Source of the DNA: Candidatus Omnitrophota bacterium
GTDB lineage: Bacteria > Omnitrophota > Gorgyraeia > Duberdicusellales > Duberdicusellaceae
Direction of reading: 5' to 3'
Length of the DNA: 64,000 nucleotides
Assembly: GCA_016932855.1 (NCBI GenBank)
Contig: JAFGCB010000025.1
Coordinates: forward strand, 13,868-77,867
Shown one piece after another: positions 18,926-27,426 of this stretch (positions are counted from its first letter, which is position 1; each line of letters begins with the position of its first letter). The notes below the pieces were generated by a model, which saw nothing but the letters and a program-made list of their open reading frames with translations, did no database searches and was not told the DNA's origin. The translations under genes were made by a program, and so were the position numbers.

Positions 18926-19132
18926 ATGAAGCCTTTGATTTACTTGGTGTTTTTAATTTTTCTATTTTTCTTTGTTTTCTTCGCGAGCAACACCTGGCAG
19001 ACTGAGCATTCAACAGAAACCCGAGAGGGCATCGAGTACGTGGTAACCAGGCACAGCCTAGACTGGGATAATTTTTTTGACTATTTAAAAGATCTACCCA
19101 GAAATATACGCCTGCGTCTACCCACAAGATAA
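18926..19132 (+). CDS. Small hypothetical membrane-anchored protein
   Basis: 68 aa, N-terminal hydrophobic segment, tightly packed after the REC gene. Confidence 0.55.
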   Translation: MKPLIYLVFLIFLFFFVFFASNTWQTEHSTETREGIEYVVTRHSLDWDNFFDYLKDLPRNIRLRLPTR

Positions 19133-19154
19133 GAGCCGTATACTAAAGGCAGAT

Positions 19155-19505
19155 ATGAAATACTTGGTTTTCGGTTTTCTGTTTATTTTTGTTTTTTATT
19201 CTCGCGGTTTCTCAGCCGAAGAAGGACGTATTGAACGAGCCCTTAACGAAGTTTTAGAGCTTCAAGCCCCTGAATATGAATGGATTCAGACCCTTAGCCC
19301 CGGCGCCGCCTCAATAGTAGTGGCTTTAGGTGAAATTGATGAAAACACTCCCGAAGCCACGGTTAAAATCAAGATTGAGGAAATTCTGGCTAAGATGCAA
19401 AAGATGAGGAAAGAATTAAAGTCTTATGGCATTACCATTGAGAGTTTTTCGCTTAATATAGGATTCCCGCCCTCTCTTACTATTAATTGCAAGTTCGAAG
19501 ATTAA
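19155..19505 (+). CDS. Hypothetical secreted protein
   Basis: Signal peptide (GFSA/EE); no family recognised. Confidence 0.65.
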   Translation: MKYLVFGFLFIFVFYSRGFSAEEGRIERALNEVLELQAPEYEWIQTLSPGAASIVVALGEIDENTPEATVKIKIEEILAKMQKMRKELKSYGITIESFSLNIGFPPSLTINCKFED

Positions 19506-19552
19506 ATGGTAAAATTCTAGTAATATACCTAATCCTTTTGAGGCTTAGATTT

Positions 19553-20020
19553 ATGAGAGATAAAAAGGCACTCGCTATAAAGGCTTTAGTTTTATTTATT
19601 GCCGTTTTTGTTTTTTATTGGGCAGCCAAGGCAGATGACAGCCATTGGTATTCAAAAAATCTTTTTGAAGTTACATCCGGCGGCGGGAAGAAATACCAAA
19701 TGGCTATTATTACTAAAACCAATGATAAAGACACCTGCGAGCAGATTCTTAACGCCAAAGGCATGGATGTAGGACGCTGGAAGAATATCGGTAATGATTG
19801 TTCTTCCGGTGAGACTAGCGACGAGGCTTTTGTTTCGATTTTTGATAATAAAGAAGTCGCAACTATTTATGTTTCTTTTGTCGATAATTACGGTTATCCT
19901 ACCCGGATTAACTTTATAGAAGCTCCCAAAGAATTTGCTAATCCCATTGCGGAAAATCTTGCCCAATCCCTGAAAGAGCAGGGCATAGAAAACGCCCAGG
20001 TCATTTATCCTCAGGATTAG
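19553..20020 (+). CDS. Hypothetical secreted protein
   Basis: ATG 19553 gives a signal peptide (AKA/DD); two Cys; no family recognised. Confidence 0.65.
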   Translation: MRDKKALAIKALVLFIAVFVFYWAAKADDSHWYSKNLFEVTSGGGKKYQMAIITKTNDKDTCEQILNAKGMDVGRWKNIGNDCSSGETSDEAFVSIFDNKEVATIYVSFVDNYGYPTRINFIEAPKEFANPIAENLAQSLKEQGIENAQVIYPQD

Positions 20021-20078
20021 TCTTCGCAGCACAATCAATATCATCCCTATTTTTAAGCGATAAAATACAAAGATTTGC

Positions 20079-20107
20079 TTGCGGCCGGAGGGTATATATG
20101 CTATACT
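20079..20107 (+). promoter_or_regulatory. Sigma70-type promoter (extended -10)
   Basis: TTGCGG-17-TATACT with TGn. Confidence 0.45.
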
Positions 20108-20112
20108 TATTC

Positions 20113-20158
20113 AACTGGATTTATCGCTGGGAGGCGGAAAATCCAGTTTTTTATTGTC
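20113..20158 (+). terminator. Terminator/attenuator-like hairpin in the leader of the TPR gene
   Basis: aactggattt...aaatccagtt stem followed by tttt-attgtc. Confidence 0.55.
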
Positions 20159-20177
20159 TTTTGAGACTTTTTTAACT

Positions 20178-21515
20178 ATGCGGAAAATAGCGAAAAAATA
20201 CCCTGTTATTATTGTTTTATGTAATATTTTTCTCGGGTTTTCTTTTTCTGTTAAGGCCGGTTCTTTAGAGGGGTTTTCCGGTATCAAATTAGATATGGCA
20301 GCTGATAGTTTTCCGGTAGGCAGGCTGAATAGGGCCAGGGATATTCTCGATCCGGAAATCGCTGTATTCAAACAGGAACTGTTGAATTTCTCCGAATTTC
20401 ATTTAAAGACGGTGTTTAAGGAGCAGGGCTATTCAGAGGAGAAGATTTCCGAGATTTCAGATTCTTTCCAGGAACTTTTAAGCTTGATAGCCTCCCGCGT
20501 AGATATAGCTGAGATTAAGAACAGGCTGGGCTCATCCGATATAGAAATAGTTAACGACGCTTGTTTAGAGTTAATGTCGATATTAGGAGATTTGGGCTAT
20601 CTTCGCTCAGTTAAGCCGAAAGCACTGATTACAGATATAACTTATGGAATCAGAGGCGGTCAGGAATTTATCGGTTTTCTTGAAGATTCCGAGGTGTATT
20701 CCAAGCAACAAATTTCGAATCGCTTTGTCCGCTGTGTTTCCAAGACTTTTCTGGGCACTTTGCTCTTTGATTTTCTGGGAATCGAGGTAGAGTCGGCTTA
20801 TTTAAACCTGCATTCTTTTATAGCCATGCAGATAGGCAGTGAGATTTTACTTATTGACTTTGATGGCAGAAGAACGGATGTTATTAACACTTATAACTAT
20901 GAAACCAGGGGTAATTTTTTGGTTTTAAAGAGGCTGTTAGATGAAAATGGGTTAAGTACGGCTAAGGTGCCCGGCTTGTCTTATCCTTTTATTTATTTGG
21001 GAAACAGGAGCATGATTACCGCATTTCTAAACTATAATATGGGCCAGGCCTACCGCTGGGCAGGGTGTTTAGATAAGGCAGAAGAACATTTTCATCGAGC
21101 CATTGAATGCAATCCGGAGTGCGCGGAGAGTTATTACGGCCTGGGGCGTATTTACGGAGAATTACAGGATTTTAAAAAAGCTGAGCTTTATTATCAGCAG
21201 GCAGTAGATAAGAGCCCCTGGAATTTTCTTTTCTACGCCGGACTAGGACATGCGCTTTGTAAACTGAACCAGTATCACCGGGGTTTAGAGGCTTTTATGG
21301 AGGCGGTTAGTTTAAACCCCAAGTTCGCCAGAGGTTATTTCGCTATCGGCACTATTTATCAGAGGCTTGGAAGGCAGGATGAGGCTATTTTTTACTGGGC
21401 AAAGGCAGTTTCCCTGGATTTTCATCTGTTTTCATTGCTTTCTTCCTTCGATATTAAAGCTTATGTCATAGAGCAAATGCTAAAATCGCCTGAGCCGGCG
21501 TCTTTTAGCGGCTAG
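20178..21515 (+). CDS. Exported protein: transglutaminase-like core plus C-terminal TPRs
   Basis: Signal peptide; C(RCVS)..LG..H(LHSF)..D(LIDF) spacing; about 4 TPR motifs. Confidence 0.75.
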   Translation: MRKIAKKYPVIIVLCNIFLGFSFSVKAGSLEGFSGIKLDMAADSFPVGRLNRARDILDPEIAVFKQELLNFSEFHLKTVFKEQGYSEEKISEISDSFQELLSLIASRVDIAEIKNRLGSSDIEIVNDACLELMSILGDLGYLRSVKPKALITDITYGIRGGQEFIGFLEDSEVYSKQQISNRFVRCVSKTFLGTLLFDFLGIEVESAYLNLHSFIAMQIGSEILLIDFDGRRTDVINTYNYETRGNFLVLKRLLDENGLSTAKVPGLSYPFIYLGNRSMITAFLNYNMGQAYRWAGCLDKAEEHFHRAIECNPECAESYYGLGRIYGELQDFKKAELYYQQAVDKSPWNFLFYAGLGHALCKLNQYHRGLEAFMEAVSLNPKFARGYFAIGTIYQRLGRQDEAIFYWAKAVSLDFHLFSLLSSFDIKAYVIEQMLKSPEPASFSG

Positions 21516-21545
21516 AAAACGTTTTCATAAAAGTGTATGCACCCC

Positions 21546-21574
21546 TTGATTTTTCCTTAACGGTATGTTACACT
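21546..21574 (+). promoter_or_regulatory. Sigma70-type promoter (extended -10)
   Basis: TTGATT-17-TACACT with TGn. Confidence 0.6.
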
Positions 21575-21608
21575 AGTATGGTTAGCTTTTACCACGGTTA
21601 ACCAAAAA

Positions 21609-21655
21609 ATTTAGCAGGATAAAGGAAGTAGAAATACTTCCTTTTTTTATTGCCT
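21609..21655 (+). terminator. Leader terminator/attenuator, copy 1
   Basis: aaaggaagta-gaaa-tacttccttt plus T-run, with flanks caggat...ttattgcct. Confidence 0.7.
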
Positions 21656-21746
21656 TGATTATCTTAAGGCTGGGTAGTTTCGGCAGGTAGAGTAAAGAAA
21701 GCCTTTACAGCCGCCTTTAATAAGGCTGGCCGAATTGAAAACAGGG

Positions 21747-21792
21747 ATTTAACAGGATAAAGGCAGAAGAACTCTGCCTTTTTTTATTGCCT
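21747..21792 (+). terminator. Leader terminator/attenuator, copy 2
   Basis: aaaggcaga-agaac-tctgccttt plus T-run, with the same flanks as copy 1. Confidence 0.7.
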
Positions 21793-21853
21793 AGCCTATG
21801 GGTAGAGGTTAGGTCCTTTAAATAGATGTTTTCGGAAAAAAAAGGAGGCGAAG

Positions 21854-24800
21854 ATGAAGACGGGGAAAACAAAGACTAAAAAGAATATTTTTTTATGGGG
21901 AATTATTTTTACGGGATTTCTTTTGGCGAATTTAAACTATGCTTATGCCTGGATGCCTAATTCTTTAGGCAATCCTGAGCTTCTTCAGGAAACCAACCAG
22001 CTTGCCCGCATGCAGCAAGTCATGGTTGATCTAGGTTATTTTAGAGTCATAGAAATAAAAAATCACCATATTCAATTGGGTGATAAGCAGCTGGAGGTTA
22101 TAGAAGCCTACAAGCGCGGCGAGGACGGCAAATTACATCATGTTTTGATTTCATCATTGAACGACGATTGCAGGAATCCGTCTCGTTTAGTTCAGGCGGT
22201 TCTTGCTAATGAGGATTTGCGCAATCTCATTACAGGCGCGCGGGGAAATAATGAAATTAAATTTTGGCTTGAGGTAGCATCTGCGTTAGTGGCTAGCAGC
22301 GACGAAGCTCTTATGGCTGAGTATGGTTCAAAACCAATACCTAAGCTTTACAGGGATATCTTAACCCAGAACGGAAAACCGGCACCGGATTATATTCTTA
22401 ATGAAAACAGGCTTCCTAGAGGAGCAATTTTGGTGGCGGTAGCTGATTTAGGGGTTGTAGACGAGGATGTAATTAATTTAGACGATACAGAAGTGGAAAC
22501 AGATTATAATTTCCCGCCTATAATTATTACCGGTAATCGGGAGCCTTTACCTGAAAATAAAGGCGGCTTGCGCCAGAGACACCCCGGGCCTACTCCGAAT
22601 ATTTTAATAGAAGAAATAGCCTTGACCGATTGGAACGTGGAAGCGCAAACCTATACGGTTGAGGTAGGATTTAAGAGCCAGGCTTTAGTATTTTCCAATC
22701 TAAAGGCAAGTGAAATACCCGAATTTGTCGAATTTGCAGAAGTCTATCTTGACTATCTTAACAATAAACAGAATTATATACAGCGAGGAAGAGAAATGCT
22801 GGGTGACAAAACCGATTTTACCAACGCTAAGATTGAAGGCATAATCGGGCTTGTTGATCATCTTAATCAGACAGGCAATGAATTTTTCGCTTCCAGGAAA
22901 GAAAACTTACTTTCGATTTTAGAGGGAAGTTCTGTGCATGACGGTGATTATACTGTCGGTCAATTTTACACTTCTGTTGATCAGACCGATAAGGTTTTCG
23001 CGGTATTTGAAGGCGAAATTCAACTTGTTTTCACCGGCGATGACGGCCAGCAGAAAAAAGTTTCGGTAAGCAGGGAATATGTAGTAGGCCTTCTTGCTCT
23101 TTGCGATATATCCGGCCGGGCAGCGTATCAGAACGATAATTTCTTCACCCAGGATGCCGGAAGAATTGCTGAAGGCCTTTTCGAGAGAGCTAAAGACGGG
23201 GATTATGCGTCTTTAAGCGAGCTCAGTGAGTTATATCATGATCCTGATACGCAGTACCTGGAAAGGCCGGGCGGCCAGGCCAGCGGTGCAGCAGATGGCA
23301 GTTTTCGCGTAGACGGCTCAGGCGCGACAGAAGACAGATGGCAGATTGACTTAGAGAATATAGGTTTTGATGGAATTGCTCTTTACAGAGTCGAAGCTAG
23401 AAGCGCCGGGGACGCAAATCACTTGGATGTGGCAATTGAGGCTGACGCACAGAGTAATATCCCTGCCGGCGCTAACGCGGAAGAGGGAGATTACTTAGGT
23501 AAGGCAGTCCTTACAGCTTCAGGCGCGCTTAACGGCCATGAAATTGTCACAAAAATTAACGGCTTAAGAATTACTGAACAGGGATTTACCTTTGAAGCAT
23601 TCCAAAGAGAAACCCAAGGCTATGTGGATAATGATTATTTTTGGGTAAATGCTCAGGTAGACCGTTCGACTAACCCCGAGAACTTTACCGGTCATGCGAC
23701 AGGCGAGTATAACGTGGGTCACATAAGCCGTGTTTTTGACGTAAGCGTTAATGCTGACAGCGGAGCAATCGAGGAAGTTAAAGAATTCTTAAGAGACAAT
23801 CTTCCTGATATAGATGAGGAAACAGCCATACAGATAGCAGAGGATGCTTACTCGAATATTGCAGCTTTAGTTGAGCGTAAATGGGAAAGCGGCGCTAATA
23901 TAACTTCCGAGGATATATACAATTGTATAGTTAACGCTATTGTGGATAACACTGACTACACCCGCAGCGAAGTCGGGGATATGGCGTCTGATCTTCGGCA
24001 GTTTGCCGACGCCATGTTTGAGCGGATAGTAACAACTAACTATGTTGAGACCCCCCGAGACAGCCGCACTTTACTTGATGATAAAAGAGATATAGGTATT
24101 GTGCTTGGTAAAGCATTTTCCGGAGAGTTAGAAATTCACGCCGTAGGCATTGAGGTAGACGGACGGGTGCAGGTCGGCTTTACAGTTGCAGAGGGAGGAG
24201 TTAAAGTCGGTCCTATGCAAGTAGTTGCCGCACCTACCATTACTTTACCGAAACCGGATATGAGTTTTACAGCTTTTCTTGAAAACGCTCATTTAACCGG
24301 CGCGGTTATAGGCTGGAACAGAAGTGAAAATATCGGTGACTTGAGTCAGAGTTTACTTGCCAGTTCGCAGGGTAAATTTAGTTCATCGCAGCTAGCAACT
24401 TACAGCCGATATTTGCGTGATTACATTGATGAAGCTAAGAATCCATCTTTTGGCTGGTCTGGCTTTGTAGGGTATTTAGGCAGGCCTGCTGAGGGTGATT
24501 ACGGTGTTTCCGGAGACAGGATGTTAAGTCAAGGCCTTGCCAAGGATGCCTATATAGCCACGCTTATCTACGGAAAATCAGCGGGTCTTAACAAAGAGAC
24601 TAAAGAGGGGCTTACTACCTTTTTAAGCTTTTGTTTAAACGATGAACTTGATTTTTCCGTTCCTCATGCGGATATAATAGCTCAGGTAGAGCAGCGACTT
24701 GAGAACCTCAATCGCGAGATAACCCTAAAGGATGTAAAGCAGGCTTTTAGTGAAGCTTTGGTGAATTTAGGTTTAGAAGGTCATGAGGCAGAGCTTTTTG

Positions 24801-25150
24801 AATCAGAGGCTTTTTCGCCTATGGCAAATTTAATTATTAAAGATATAAACACCCTGGTATACTTCGGGGTTAGTTTCATAAACCGGGATAATTCTAATTC
24901 CTTGCAGTTTAACGCGGGTTCTTCAAAAGCTTTTGGAAGCTTACTTCTTTCAACCAACCCCAGAGATAATTTCAACTTCTCAGCAGGGTTTGGCGTAAAA
25001 TTCAGTGATACTACGATCAGGTTTGGGTTGAATAAAGAAGGCAAGGGCCAGATTGATGCAGCAAGAAGTTTTGATAATGGAACAGTTTTAAGCGGCACAG
25101 CAACGCCCGGTCTTTATATGCTTCGTCTCGGTATACCCCTCAATCCATAA
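21854..25150 (+). CDS. Large acidic secreted/outer-membrane orphan protein (1098 aa)
   Basis: RBS aggagg, signal peptide (AYA/W), amphipathic beta-strand-rich C-terminus; no family recognised. Confidence 0.85.
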   Translation: MKTGKTKTKKNIFLWGIIFTGFLLANLNYAYAWMPNSLGNPELLQETNQLARMQQVMVDLGYFRVIEIKNHHIQLGDKQLEVIEAYKRGEDGKLHHVLISSLNDDCRNPSRLVQAVLANEDLRNLITGARGNNEIKFWLEVASALVASSDEALMAEYGSKPIPKLYRDILTQNGKPAPDYILNENRLPRGAILVAVADLGVVDEDVINLDDTEVETDYNFPPIIITGNREPLPENKGGLRQRHPGPTPNILIEEIALTDWNVEAQTYTVEVGFKSQALVFSNLKASEIPEFVEFAEVYLDYLNNKQNYIQRGREMLGDKTDFTNAKIEGIIGLVDHLNQTGNEFFASRKENLLSILEGSSVHDGDYTVGQFYTSVDQTDKVFAVFEGEIQLVFTGDDGQQKKVSVSREYVVGLLALCDISGRAAYQNDNFFTQDAGRIAEGLFERAKDGDYASLSELSELYHDPDTQYLERPGGQASGAADGSFRVDGSGATEDRWQIDLENIGFDGIALYRVEARSAGDANHLDVAIEADAQSNIPAGANAEEGDYLGKAVLTASGALNGHEIVTKINGLRITEQGFTFEAFQRETQGYVDNDYFWVNAQVDRSTNPENFTGHATGEYNVGHISRVFDVSVNADSGAIEEVKEFLRDNLPDIDEETAIQIAEDAYSNIAALVERKWESGANITSEDIYNCIVNAIVDNTDYTRSEVGDMASDLRQFADAMFERIVTTNYVETPRDSRTLLDDKRDIGIVLGKAFSGELEIHAVGIEVDGRVQVGFTVAEGGVKVGPMQVVAAPTITLPKPDMSFTAFLENAHLTGAVIGWNRSENIGDLSQSLLASSQGKFSSSQLATYSRYLRDYIDEAKNPSFGWSGFVGYLGRPAEGDYGVSGDRMLSQGLAKDAYIATLIYGKSAGLNKETKEGLTTFLSFCLNDELDFSVPHADIIAQVEQRLENLNREITLKDVKQAFSEALVNLGLEGHEAELFESEAFSPMANLIIKDINTLVYFGVSFINRDNSNSLQFNAGSSKAFGSLLLSTNPRDNFNFSAGFGVKFSDTTIRFGLNKEGKGQIDAARSFDNGTVLSGTATPGLYMLRLGIPLNP

Positions 25151-25472
25151 GCTGGATAAAGGCGTGTAATTATCGCAGCCAGAATCAGCTTGAAAAGGGT
25201 TAAGGCCTGTGAAACAGGATGTTCTCGCAGGCCTTAAACCATTGTTAATTAAAGGGGACGCTTCTATTTTTTCACAATGAATATAAGCGCCCCCTTTTAC
25301 AAAATCCTTCTTTACACCCCCAAAAAAACCATATATAATAAATTTTCGCAAATATTCCCAAGGGTTTTCGTGTCTTTCGATGAATTCCGGAGGTTTTTAG
25401 CAATTGCAGGCACCTCGGCTTTAATAGCCTTAGTGCCGTCACTTGCCAGCGATAACTTAGTAGGCAAGTGAT

Positions 25473-25523
25473 CCCGAGCAAAGCGAGGGAACTTTGAAAG
25501 GCATCTCGCTTCGCTCGATGCCG
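25473..25523. repeat. REP-like doublet
   Basis: cgagcaaagcgag ... ctcgcttcgctcg inverted pair, plus a ggcatc/gatgcc stem. Confidence 0.6.
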
Positions 25524-25565
25524 AAAAAAATAAAGGAAAGGGAACCTGATATTCTTCATTTTTTT

Positions 25566-25641
25566 CGGGAGGTGGCGCAGTCTGGATTAGCGCACTTGAA
25601 TGGGGTTCAAGGGGTCGTGGGTTCGAATCCCACCCTCCCGA
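25566..25641 (+). tRNA. tRNA-Pro (GGG), CCA not encoded
   Basis: Acceptor cgggagg/cctcccg, D arm, anticodon stem cttga/tcaag with GGG, GTTCGAATC T-loop. Confidence 0.95.
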
Positions 25642-25726
25642 CATAGAAAATAAATATTAAAAATCAAAAATCAAAAACTGATTTTTGAGTTTGTCCTTTA
25701 AGGGACATAGCGCAAGGGAGGTTGTT

Positions 25727-26083
25727 ATGGCTTACGAAGGTCAGGAAAGGAGAAAACATAAGCGGATAAAGGTTAGTTTCGTGGTAAGCTACAGGCCGTT
25801 GGAGAAAGAAGATGACGCGGATTTGTCACAGACAAAAAACTTTTCGCAAGGCGGGATGCTGCTTACTACTAATAAGGCCTTTGGTCCGGGAACACTCCTT
25901 AAGATATTTATACGAGTGCCGCTGGTCAAGGGAAAGATTTACCTTATCGGCCAGGTTTTAGAATCAAAGGAAATAGTTAAAAATCTCATTTACGAAACAA
26001 GGATTGCCTTTCAGAATCTTGAAGATGAGATTGAGCGGATACTGCATGAAACCGTAGGGTCGTTTTTAGAAGGGAAAAAGTAA
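25727..26083 (+). CDS. PilZ domain protein
   Basis: RBS gggagg; ERRKHKR (RxxxR) and NFSQGG (D/NxSxxG). Confidence 0.85.
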   Translation: MAYEGQERRKHKRIKVSFVVSYRPLEKEDDADLSQTKNFSQGGMLLTTNKAFGPGTLLKIFIRVPLVKGKIYLIGQVLESKEIVKNLIYETRIAFQNLEDEIERILHETVGSFLEGKK

Positions 26084-26084
26084 C

Positions 26085-27374
26085 ATGCTTAAGAAGAGGA
26101 TAGGCATAATAGGCATAGGTACCGTGGGCAAGCCTTTTTTGGTGCAGCTTAAAAAAAGCCTTTCTTACATAAAAGCTAATCTGGAATTGGATATCAAGAT
26201 ATCTAAGGTTTGCGACATAAATCCCGAAATCAAAAAACTTTCCGGCAAGCTTAATATACCTTTTGTTTCTAGGGCAGAGGATCTTATTTCCGATCCTCAG
26301 ATAGACATCGTGATCGAGCTTATCGGCGGGCTTCACCCGGCCAAAGAATACGTTATTTCCGCCCTCTACCAAGGCAAGGACGTAATCACGGCAAATAAAG
26401 CTCTTTTAGCTAATTACGGGGCTGAGATTTTTAACCTTGCATATAAATTAGGACGGACGGTGAAGTTCGAGGCAGCGGTAGCCGGAGGGGTGCCTTTAAT
26501 AAAGAATGTTTCGGAGGTTTTAAGGTTTGGGAAGATCAGAAATGTTTACGGCATCTTAAACGGCACCACTAATTTTATACTCAGCCAGATGAGCAGGTAT
26601 AGCAAGTCTTTTAGTGAGGTTTTAGAAGAAGCAAAGCAGAAAGGCTTTGCCGAAAAGGATTCATCTCTGGATATAAACGGAACAGACTCTCTCCATAAGA
26701 TATCAATTCTTTGTTTTCTCTGTTTCGGCGCTTTTGTCAAATTGAAAGACGTTATAGTCGAAGGCATAGATAAAATCACTCTTGCAGATATCCTTTATGC
26801 CCAAGAGCTGGGTTTTTCCATAAAGTTGCTGGCAATAGCAAAGAAGGATACTTCAAAAATAGAAGTGCGGGTCCATCCTACTTTGATTTCTCAAGATCAC
26901 CCTTTAGCTAAGACCGGCGGCGTGCTTAACGCCATATTTATCAATACCGACATTGCCGGGAATTTTCTCCTTTCGGGTCTAGGCGCCGGCGGTAAGTCTA
27001 CTTCGCTTTCAGTCTTAAGCGATGTTTTAAGCATATGCAATCAGAAAAACCCTTGGGTTTTAAAAGGACAGAAAAAAAGGAGTTTTTTCAGACGCAAGGA
27101 GGATTTAAGCTGTCGGTACTACCTGCGATTTCAAGCCTTAGACCGTCCCGGTGTTTTGGCCAAGATATCCAAGATTTTAGCTGATTTGGGAATAAGCATT
27201 GCTTCGGTGACCCAGAAGGAAAGGGGTCTGCCTTTATCTAAGTCGAAGTTTGTCCCTATAGTCATGCTTACTCATAAGGCCAAAGAGTCCAGTATCGTTA
27301 AAGCCAGGCAAAGAATAGATAAGCTTTCAGATCTGAAACCCCCTATTCAAATAATTCGGATAGAAAGCCTGTAA
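26085..27374 (+). CDS. hom: Homoserine dehydrogenase (with ACT domain)
   Basis: GIGTVG, TANKA, FEAAVAGG, GILNGTTNFIL, DRPGVLA. Confidence 0.95.
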   Translation: MLKKRIGIIGIGTVGKPFLVQLKKSLSYIKANLELDIKISKVCDINPEIKKLSGKLNIPFVSRAEDLISDPQIDIVIELIGGLHPAKEYVISALYQGKDVITANKALLANYGAEIFNLAYKLGRTVKFEAAVAGGVPLIKNVSEVLRFGKIRNVYGILNGTTNFILSQMSRYSKSFSEVLEEAKQKGFAEKDSSLDINGTDSLHKISILCFLCFGAFVKLKDVIVEGIDKITLADILYAQELGFSIKLLAIAKKDTSKIEVRVHPTLISQDHPLAKTGGVLNAIFINTDIAGNFLLSGLGAGGKSTSLSVLSDVLSICNQKNPWVLKGQKKRSFFRRKEDLSCRYYLRFQALDRPGVLAKISKILADLGISIASVTQKERGLPLSKSKFVPIVMLTHKAKESSIVKARQRIDKLSDLKPPIQIIRIESL

Positions 27375-27426
27375 AAGGCTAAAAATTAAAAACCGGCAGA
27401 TAACTTTAAAAAGGCAAAAGTTTAGT

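Noticed and set aside
21609-21792. Possible CRISPR mini-array
   Set aside because: There are only two copies with variable interiors, the ~90-nt spacer is structured, and no cas genes are present; terminator architecture fits better.
18300-25641. tRNA-anchored integrative element or integron
   Set aside because: There is no integrase, no duplicated tRNA end and no convincing attC sites, and the block lies 5' of the tRNA.
25088-25644. Short ORFs around and antisense to tRNA-Pro
   Set aside because: They overlap the tRNA and REP hairpins and do not look like protein.
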